From NCBI RefSeq assembly GCF_009914755.1, contig NC_060928.1: a stretch of DNA of 64,000 nucleotides, one strand, 5' to 3'. Shown here in pieces: positions 54,101 to 64,000 of this stretch (position 1 is its first letter; every line of letters starts with the position of its first letter). The DNA is from the human T2T-CHM13v2.0 reference genome, Homo sapiens. The position numbers were made by a program, and so were the translations under genes. The notes beneath the pieces were generated by a model, which was given only the letters and a program-made list of their open reading frames with translations, searched no databases and was not told the DNA's origin.

Positions 54101-55084
54101 GCTGACGGTGAGGGACAGCAAAAGGTCAAGGGTTTCATACCACTGGACATCTCTTTATATGGAAAAAATACATCAGAGTCAGAGATGTTTATTCGCTACC
54201 GCTCAAAGCTTGCACCAGTTTCTAAGCACAGTCTTACAATTGGGACATGGACATTCAGTTATTCAGATAATGTATGTTTTAGCAGAAAAGCAAAGTTAGT
54301 ATAAGTTCTTAGCTCTTGTGTTTTCAAAGACTAACCTAGAAAGAAACAGTATAAAGTTTACGCCATAATTATTTTTAAATACATAGCCAGTTAGAGACTC
54401 TTTGTATAGCCCAGTGGCCACAAATTAGAAAGGTGGAATACTAACGTAACAAGATGGTTAGATGTTGATCTACGAACATGAGAAACTCAAGAAACATGTA
54501 TAGAGTGTGATCCTGGTGTGAGAGTGAGAGATTAGACTAGGAGAGAAGAATGTTAAACCCCAGATAGGCTTATGTACATGAGGGCAGATAAGACTGTGTC
54601 TTACTTCTCAAATGAGGGATGGTGAATCCCTGTGCCCAGTATTTAAAATAAAAATAATGCATGATAAGTCTATGTTATGCATAATATAGGACTTAAAGTG
54701 GTATATATCTTTTTTTCTTTAAACTGCAATAATATATCACAGGGACCCAGTGGAGTTTATGTTTGGGAATAATGAGGTAAGGACAGTAGTGAGGAGACTG
54801 GATCAGAATGCAGATTAAGGTTCCATAGCCTTCTGTTGCTTCCCAAAATGCCAATATATTACATTAGTCCTTAGAACTTACAGCAATCTCAAAGAGGTGA
54901 CAAACTACAAACTACTGAGACAACCTTTCTGGCTTTCAGAAAAAAAAAATAGGGTAAGGGAGAAATAGAGCCATAAAAACACAAATTTATATTCATAGAT
55001 AGATGTATATTTATTGTATGAAAATTGTTAATGTTTTGGATGCTAGACACCTTTTGAACACTCTTCCTATGTTTGGATAATGCA

Positions 55085-55376
55085 TTTGTTCAATTTTTAT
55101 AATTCATACCAAGGAGAAGTTCAAGATTACAGTGTTGGCAGGGTTTGTTCCTTCTGAGCATTGTGAGGAAGAATCTGTTCCATGCCTCTCCTCTAGTTCC
55201 TGGTGGTTTAATAGCAGTCTTCAGGTTTCCTTGGCTTATAGACGCATCATCATTATCTTCGCCTTTGTCTACATATGGCGATCTCCTTGTGTGCTTTTCC
55301 AAATAAAGGCACTTTCTGTGTTATTGGGGGTTAGGACTTCAATACATGAAGTTGGGACACAACCCAATCCATAACA
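55085..55376 (-). mobile_element. MLT1B/C MaLR LTR
   Basis: gaagttcaagatt..gtgttggcagggtt..gaatctgttccatgcctctc...ggttaggacttcaatacatgaa...ccataaca. Confidence 0.85.
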
Positions 55377-55611
55377 CTAGTACACTGATATGTGTTGCAC
55401 TGTCCATGTTACAAAGGCCGAAAAATTGACATTTCTGCTAATGATTCCCTGTGATGAAGTTGAGATATCGTTGGCAGTATAGTTTATGGACTTAATTCTG
55501 GGAGACTGTACATATACTCAGGCTTACTTAAATTATACTTTTCTTGTTACACTAGAATCCACCTTATATACTTATAAATATGCAAGTAAACATGACCAAA
55601 GATGCAAACAT

Positions 55612-55612
<1 letters not shown>

Positions 55613-55643
<31 letters not shown>
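55613..55643. repeat. (CA)n microsatellite
   Basis: About 15 CA units. Confidence 0.95.
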
Positions 55644-55645
<2 letters not shown>

Positions 55646-56258
55646 CAATTCAACTTTGACATTTTTGAATGCAAATATCCAAATATAGCTTAAGTTTGTT
55701 TCCTTTCAATGTATCAGCTAAAGGAGTACTACATACTTTGTAGGGTTTCAATAAATATTTCTTGAATGAAAAAGTAAATATTTAGAATGTTGTGTTAGAA
55801 TTAGTCAATACCTAAATAATCCTAAAAAATGTATTCACTAGCTGAGATCTGTAATTCGAGGACCAAGCCATTTTCTTAGACACATCTTTCTTTAAGATTT
55901 CCTTCACTTATGCAACCAATGAACTTTCCTTTTAGGAAGTTATAAACATGAAGATAATGTCATCTTTGTGCCCATATTCCTGCTTGCTCTCATCTGTTTT
56001 CACAGAGTAATGAACCTTTTCAGGTTACTTTAATAGTTCAATTTACCCAAATGAATCATTCCATATTTCAATTCTGCTTTTGGTTTATTTAAATTTGGGT
56101 AAAATCCTGGTTGATTTTGCCTGTTATTATACATGTTTAGTTTCAACCATTGTCAACTCAGTTTAACAACTGGTTTATTGATAGTTGTTCCACTTCTATT
56201 TAAAGATTGATTTGCAGTATCAGTCCAAGAAACATTTTTTCAGTTATATTAAACCACG

Positions 56259-56299
56259 TATGATGATTACATAAAACATCTGTTTATGTAATCATCATA
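56259..56299. repeat. Perfect 17-bp inverted repeat with 7-nt loop
   Basis: tatgatgattacataaa-acatctg-tttatgtaatcatcata. Confidence 0.95.
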
Positions 56300-56325
56300 T
56301 ATCATTTAGTTCAAATGTATTATAA

Positions 56326-58346
56326 CAAGTGTGACCTTTACTCCAGTTCCCAATAAGTCTGGAAAATTTTCAGCCCGACCATGTGGTAGAAAAAAACAAA
56401 ACAAAACATTTTCTTGGGAGGAATTCAAAGCTGCCAAAATATGCATAAGTAAAGAAGAGCCAAACGTTGTTAATAGACAAAACAATGGGGAAAATGTCTG
56501 CAGGACATGTCAGAGACCTTTGAAGCTGCCCCTCCTATTACAGGCCTAAAAGCCTAGCAAAGAAAAATGGTTTCATGGGCCAGGCCCAGGGCCCCACTGC
56601 TCTGTGCAGCCTCAGGACATGGTACCCTGTGTCCCAGCCACTCCAGCTCCAGTCATGCCTATGGTTCCAAGGCACAGATCCGGCCCTTGCTTCAGAGGAT
56701 GCAAACACAAGTGTTGGTGGGTTCCACATGGCATTGGGCCTATGGTTGTGGAGAGGACAAGAGTTGAGGCTTGGGTGCCTCTAGAGGAGGACAAGCAATA
56801 ATCCAGGACAAGTATATGCATACGTTTATGTATGTGTCTGTATATGTGGATGTATATGTACATGTGTATGTGAATCTGTATGTGTGGGTATATTGCATAT
56901 CATTTTTTTTCTAGAGGAGGACAAGCAATAATCCTGGCTCTTTCTGGAAGCAGCTTCCTTGATTGGCTCTTATTTACTTGTTTATTTATTTATTTATTTA
57001 TTTATTTTCATATTTCTGAAGAGAATGATGTCCCTGAGTGGTCCTGGAGGTTCCTAAATAAAAAGGGTTTGGATAAAGTTAAAATAGTTTGTGTGAAAAA
57101 GTGTCAGGAATGTTGTCTTTTAAGTCAGGAATCCTGGGGGTAAATGCAAAGCAGAATTGAGTAAGGCAGGTATGTGTGAATGAAAGATTCTGGGTGTGGT
57201 CCAGAGTAGAGTGTGGTCCAGAGGATGTGTGGAAATGCCTGGATGTTTCTATGTATCCTCTGAATGTATACATTCAGAAGTCTGCTGCAGTGACACAGCC
57301 CTCATGGAGAACTTTTGCTAGGACAATTTGGAGGGGAAATGTAGGGTTGGAGCCCCCACAGAGAGGCCCCACTGGAGCACTGCCTAGTGGAGCTATGAGA
57401 AGAGGGCCACCATTCTCTAGACCCCAGAATGGTAGATCCACCAAGTAGCTTGCATCATGCACCTGGACAAGCCATAAGCACTCAATGCCAGCCTGTGAAA
57501 GCAGTCACGGGGGCTGCACCCTAAAGAGCCAGAGGGGTGGAGCTACCTAAGGTCTTGGAAGCCCACCTCTTGCATTAGCACACCCCAGATGTGAGACATG
57601 GAGTCAAATGAGATTATTTTGTTGTTTTAAGATTTAAAGTATTATAATTCCAAACCTGCTGGGTTTGGGAATTGTATGGGGTCTGTAGCCCCTGTCTTTT
57701 GTCTTTTGTCTGATTTCTGTCTTGTGGAAAGGGAATATTTACCCAATAATTATACCCCCAATGTATCTTGGAAGTTGCTAACTTGATTTTGATTTTACAG
57801 GCTCATAGGCCGAAAGGACTTGCCTTGTCTCAGTTGAGACTTTGGACTGTGGAATTTTGAGTTAATACTGAAATGAGTTAAGACTTGGGGGACTGCTGAA
57901 AAGGGATGATTGTGTTTTGCAATGTGAATAGGTTATAAGATTTGGGATGGGCCAGGGGGCAGAATAATATAGTTTGGATTTGTGTCCCCACCCAAATTTC
58001 ATGTTGAATTGTAATCTCCAATTTTTGAGGAAGGTCCTGGTGGGAGGTGATTGGATCATGGGGATGACTTTCCTCCTTGCTGTTCCCATGATAGTGAGTG
58101 AGTTCGAATGAGTTCTGGTTTTTAACAATGTGTAGTACCCCCCACCTTTTCTCTTTATCCTGCTCTGGCCATGTGAGATGAGACGGCTTCCCCATCACCT
58201 TTTGCCATGATGGTAAGTTTCCTGAGGCTTTCCCAGCCACGCTTCCTATACACTTTGTGGAACCATGAGCCAATTAAACCTCCTTTATTTATAAATTACC
58301 CAGTCTCAGTTATTTCTTTATAGCAGTGTGAAAACGAACTAGTACT
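56326..58346 (+). mobile_element. 5'-truncated, rearranged MSTA element: internal region 56326-57964 (foreign insert ~56785-57215) and 3' LTR 57965-58346
   Basis: Reverse-complement homology to the 2027-4390 element; LTR taatatagtttggatttgtgtcccc...gccaattaaacctc...tttatagcagtgtgaaaacgaact. Confidence 0.9.
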
Positions 58347-58464
58347 GGTACCAACATTCAAACCATAGCAATGACCCAGAGGCAAATCTAGCAAAAATAA
58401 AAATAAATAAAATAATCCATTGCTATGTTTGTAATAAATCAAAAATGAATGCTTTAGGGTTGAA

Positions 58465-58645
58465 CAGATCTTCATCAATTTTAGCATGTATCTGACATTG
58501 GAGAGCTTGTTAGAAAACAAGTTATTGGGTATCACTTCCAGAGTTTCTGAATGGTTCTGGGGAAGGGCTGAGAATTTGTATTTCTAATAAGTCTCTAGAT
58601 AATAATGGTGATGACTGGTCTGGAGATCACATTTTGACATTCATT
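58465..58645. mobile_element. MER5A (hAT-Charlie) DNA transposon remnant
   Basis: ggagagcttgttagaaaaca...ccagagtttctga...ctgagaatttgtatttctaataag...ggtctggagatcacattttga. Confidence 0.75.
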
Positions 58646-61600
58646 GAGATAGAATAATTATTTTGCCTCTGTCCCCAGCACTGCCTTACATATTCATGTT
58701 AACTTTTTGATCACTAATGCATTTGAATTATCTTTTCATTATATATATAAACATTATAGAGAAAAATACATAGGATTTGTAATAATCATTTTAGGAGAAA
58801 GACCTCCAATGCAAACAAGGACAGTATCTGAGAAGTTGTTGGTTAGTCTGAAGAGAGAAAAGTTGTTTTGGATGAGAGTAGGATTCTATTTTTCATTTCT
58901 GAACTAGAGATCAAGACTTGGTCTGAACTAAGTTTCAACACAACAGACAGCAAAGGAGGCAGGAAAGAACAATATTATAGTATTGCTTGGGAACTTTACT
59001 ACCCCCACTCAGAGTACCCATCTGAAGTTGGCCTTCCTTGTGTGAAACAATACCAGACAGAAATGACAGGAAAAAATCAAATTCTAAGTCTATAAAAGCT
59101 GGTGAGATGAATTAATCTGTGGTTTAGACTTCAGCTACCTTCAGAGAAGGGAATCTGCATGTAAACACATCTGTGTCTAGATTTTATATTTTAGTTTTTC
59201 TTCATTTTCCTTTTCTTAGTAAACTTGCTTTGGAATGTTGGTCCACTCTAAGCCAAGACATCTGAGGCAGGGAAGTTCCTTTAGAAACTAACTGTGGTAC
59301 CAGCCATAAAATTCATCTGCCAAGAGGAAAGGAGATTTGGTAAAGCTGTGGTGTTTCATTCTGATAAATCTTAGGAACCTGGACAATTATGGCCATCTAT
59401 AATAACTTTTCTTCTCCATATGGCAACTTATAGTGAAAATAATCTAGAAAAATCACTAAACATCTTATTTTTCAGAGGCAGGTTCACAGTATGTCAGATA
59501 GTAACATTACCATATAGATCCTTGTAAAATATTACAAACAATAAAATCTGTCTATTCTCCATAACAAATATTGCCAAGGTTACAGAATTAACTATGATTC
59601 AATGTCTCAGATATCAGATGCAAGAATGACTATTCTAGACGTCATTTGATATACATACACAGAAGAGGAGAAAAGAAGTATTTAACAATTGCTAAAATAA
59701 TATCATGGCCTTTTTAAAACTTGAGATAATTTGAAGGAGAAAATGCTTCTTCAGAAATAAATTAATTCATCATTTGTAGAAGTGTTTTCTACAAAAAGAC
59801 TCTGGTAAAAGGGCAAAAAAGAAAAGAAAGATAGCTTTGTTAAATGTCAGTGATATGTATCTGTTATTCTTCTGCTTTGCAGACTAATCAACAGAAAACC
59901 ATTTGCTTTAGAAACAGAGTTGCTATTAGCTCTATATAGAAATTAATGCACTGTAGGGAATTTCTATTGCAAAAAAAAAAAAAGTGTTCTCAAGAATTTG
60001 GAGTCATCTGAGCCACCCAGATTGAGTGTTTTCTGGCACCTAAGGTGTTATGATTGCTATGGTTGTGTCACATGATGCTATTTTCTCTAGCAAATGTAGA
60101 TTTTAAATGCCGTAAAGAACTTTGCTCAACTGATTCGGCTACAAGCCAAGGCATTTCCCCAGCTCAGCTTGTTGAGGACAGCATCTGCCATTAAAAATAA
60201 ATAGATAAAAAGATTAATGTATTTCTACAATCTAAAAGTTAATTTGAAAAAAATAAAAGCCAGTTGTAGCCACATAATAATATTAAGGGCTGTGAAAGAA
60301 TACCTCACAATTAGCAAAACCGATACTATCATTTTCCATTATAATTTTGTCATTAGAGTGAGATTTGCTGTATAGGAGAGTAAAGGGAAGTAAATCATTT
60401 ATTCCTTATATTCTACCTACTTCTTCCTGAAATAGTATGAGGGGGTAGAGAGCTAGTAGAATTAAAAAAGGAGAGGATATGGAATGAGTTTTTAATTTAC
60501 TGACTAGTAAAATCAAAGCTCTTCAAGGAATAATGTTTCCTAGTTATCTGTATATCAGTTGCATGCAGGAGTTAGAGGCAGTGGGGCTATAGATAAGCAA
60601 CATTTAAAAAATGCAGATAGATAGATTTTATATATGCATGGATGTTAATACTTTGTGAATACATAGATATAGTTATAAAGAGATATAGATCAATTTTTTT
60701 CCAAATGGGTGTATATATTTTTTGTTCTTGGAATGCTGACCATAGGAGAATTAGAGAAATTCTAGAGGTAAAAGTAGAATAAAAAAGATATTTGTTATAA
60801 TACTTATCTTTCTTTGTGCACTAAAAGATTAGGGAAGTGTTTTTGAAAGTATCTTATTTATCTGACTTCGTGATTCTCAGAATTCCACAATAGATAATTC
60901 AGTATTAAAATACATGCTGACCAACTTCAAAGTAGAAAAATAGAAGCATAGGCTTGTATATAATTTTAGGTTATTCTATGTTTCTGACTAGTCAGAAATA
61001 ATTTCTAGTTAGAACAATGCATGGTTTACACCATCTTCATAAAATACAATTTTGTGTTAGAGCATAATGTTCTAACTAATTTCTTAGCACTGATGGTTTA
61101 CATTACAACCCTGACGATTGCATATAAGGTCATTTAGCATGACAGACTTTACACTGTAACAGAGAGGAGCCCTGAGTTCCTTGACTGTAAGCATTAGTGT
61201 TAAACACTTTAGGGGAAGATGTATGCTGTCTACTTTAGTTGGCCAATCTAAGGTGAAACCCTTGGAATCAGCCCAACTTGGTTTGTATGCTTTAGTGAAA
61301 TGCTTTAGATAAGTTGTTCAGCTCTGAAGCTGTTTCTTCACACAAAAAGTCATGGTTTGTTATAACTCTTAGACTTAGGAAGCAATTCCTGTGGCTTCTC
61401 AGAAGGCTGATCTTTCAAACTTTATATTTGGAATAACTGAGCATCTCTGACAGCTGTGCATTACTGGAAGGGAACTGTTAAAGATATGAAGATCACAGCT
61501 GTGCTTATTTTGGAAGACCCACAGTTCACAGTCAATTGTTGTGCTTAGATTAAAATGCATAGCTGATATTTCCAAATGTACAATGATGGACCAGCACTGG

Positions 61601-62041
61601 CTATCTTAAGAGCACATTGGCATCTATGAAATGAAATAATTGAAGAGAATAATCAAAATTAAAGTGTACCTATGCTTAAACAAGCTATTATATTGCCGCA
61701 GGGATCCAAGTCCTAGTTGTTAACCTCATCAATTGATTTGAAGGCAAAATACTTTCTCTATTTTTTTCTTTTTATCTTTCCCATTTATTAATGTAAAACA
61801 AAACAGAAAAAAAAAACAAATGGAAAAAGATAATTTGGGGGCCACATATAAATTATACTTCTTTAATTTCAGAAAATGTTATTTTGTTTTATGCAAAATT
61901 GTGATTTTTAAAATTAGGCTCATATTTTAAAAATAGAAATATTAAATAAACACTTATTTTTTCAATGAGATATGTTAGTGAAAAGCTTAAACCTTGAGGC
62001 CATTACTATTTTGTGTTAAATATAAATGATCTCAGTGGAGG

Positions 62042-62052
62042 CAAGATGGCCG
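62042..62052 (+). promoter_or_regulatory. L1 5' UTR YY1 site; the L1 sense and antisense promoter region follows (~62035-62650)
   Basis: Intact caagatggccg, the established YY1 motif at the L1 5' end. Confidence 0.8.
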
Positions 62053-62305
62053 AATAGGAACAGCTCCAGTCTAGAGTTCCCAGCGTGAGCGACGCTGAAG
62101 ACGGGTGATTTCTGCATTTCCAACTGAGGTACCGGGCTCATCTCACTGGGGAATGTTGGAAAGTGGGTGCAGAACAGTGGGTGCAGTGCACCCAGCATGA
62201 GCTGAAGCAGGGCGAGGCATCGCCTCACCCAGGAAGCTCAAGGGGTCAGGGAATTCCCTTTCCTAGTCAAAGAAAGGGGTGACAGACGGCACCTGGAAAA
62301 TCGGA

Positions 62306-62482
62306 TCACTCCCACCTTAATACTGCACTTTTCAACAATCTTAGCAAACGGCACACCAGGAGATTATATCCTGTGCCTGGCTCGGAGGGTCCTATGCCCA
62401 AGGAGCCTTGCTCATTGCTAACACAGCAGTCTGAGATCAAACTGCAAGGTGGCAGCGAGGCTGGGGGAGGGGTGCCTGCCAT
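62306..62482 (-). pseudogene. L1 antisense ORF0 homolog, 58 aa, frameshifted near the C-terminus
   Basis: MAGTPPPASLPPCSLISDCCVSNEQ...GPSEPG matches the ORF0 N-terminus (MAGAPPPASLPPCSLISDCC); diverges after ~residue 50. Confidence 0.8.
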
Positions 62483-63057
62483 TGCCGAGGCTTGAGTAGG
62501 TAAACAAAGAGGCCAGGAAGCTCGAACTGGGTGGAGCCCACCGCAGCTCAAGGAGGCCTGCCTGCCTCTGTAGACTCCACCTCTATGGGCAGGGAATAGC
62601 CAAACAAAAGGCAGCAAAATCCTCTGCAGACTTAAATGTCTCTGTCTGACAGCTTTGAAGAGAGTAGTGGTTCTCCCAGCATGCAGCTGGAGATCTGAGA
62701 ACTGACAGACTGCCTCCTCAAGTGGGTCCCTGACCCCCGAGTAGCCTAACTGGGAGGCACCGCCCTGTAGGGGCAGACTGACACCTCACACAGCCGGGTA
62801 CTCCTCTGAGACAAAACTTCCAGAGGAATGATCAGGCAGCAACAATTGCTGCTCACCAATATCCGCTGTTCTACAGCCTCCACTGCTGATACCCAGGCAA
62901 ACAGGGTCTGGAGTGGACCTCCAGCAAACTCCAACACACCTGCAGCTGAGGGTCCTGACTGTTGGAAGGAAAACTAACAAACAGAAAGGACATCCACACC
63001 AAAACCCCATCTGTATGTCACCATCATCAAAGACCAAAGGTAGATAAAACCATGAAG

Positions 63058-64000
<943 letters not shown>

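Noticed and set aside
54089-54304. 71-aa protein-looking ORF (MLEEADGEGQQKVKGF...)
   Set aside because: No recognisable homology and no convincing upstream acceptor or promoter; the length is compatible with chance.
61440-61510. Paired acagctgtgc E-boxes as an enhancer
   Set aside because: Two short motifs alone are insufficient without conservation or chromatin data.

Overview
AT-rich, CpG-poor simian primate (human-like) nuclear DNA, intronic or intergenic. I recognise no protein-coding gene; the listed ORFs are repeat-derived or chance ORFs. The window is dominated by transposons: AluJ/S/Y copies (several with target-site duplications), nested L1M/L1MA/L1MC/L1PA fragments, L2, MER5A, and LTR elements. 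The LTR elements are a full-length MSTA MaLR provirus, a second rearranged MSTA, a solo LTR9, MLT2A, MLT1 and a decayed ERVL. The 5' end of an L1PA4/5-type L1 lies at the right edge. Most interesting observations: (1) a perfect Kozak GCCGCCACCATG on the minus strand in an exon-like GC island, which could splice to a second exon-like island to give a 37-aa micropeptide, plus a third candidate exon; (2) several templated-insertion or fold-back repair scars (a 97-bp inverted copy, a ~320-bp dispersed direct copy, and a cluster in the second MSTA); (3) a tRNA-Gln(CTG) 5'-half retrocopy ending at the anticodon; (4) an LTR9 with three octamer motifs and a 3x25-bp CCAAT repeat. Subfamily names come from recalled consensus sequences, and boundaries of old repeats are approximate. 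None of this establishes a new biological system; the spliced-transcript model is a hypothesis.
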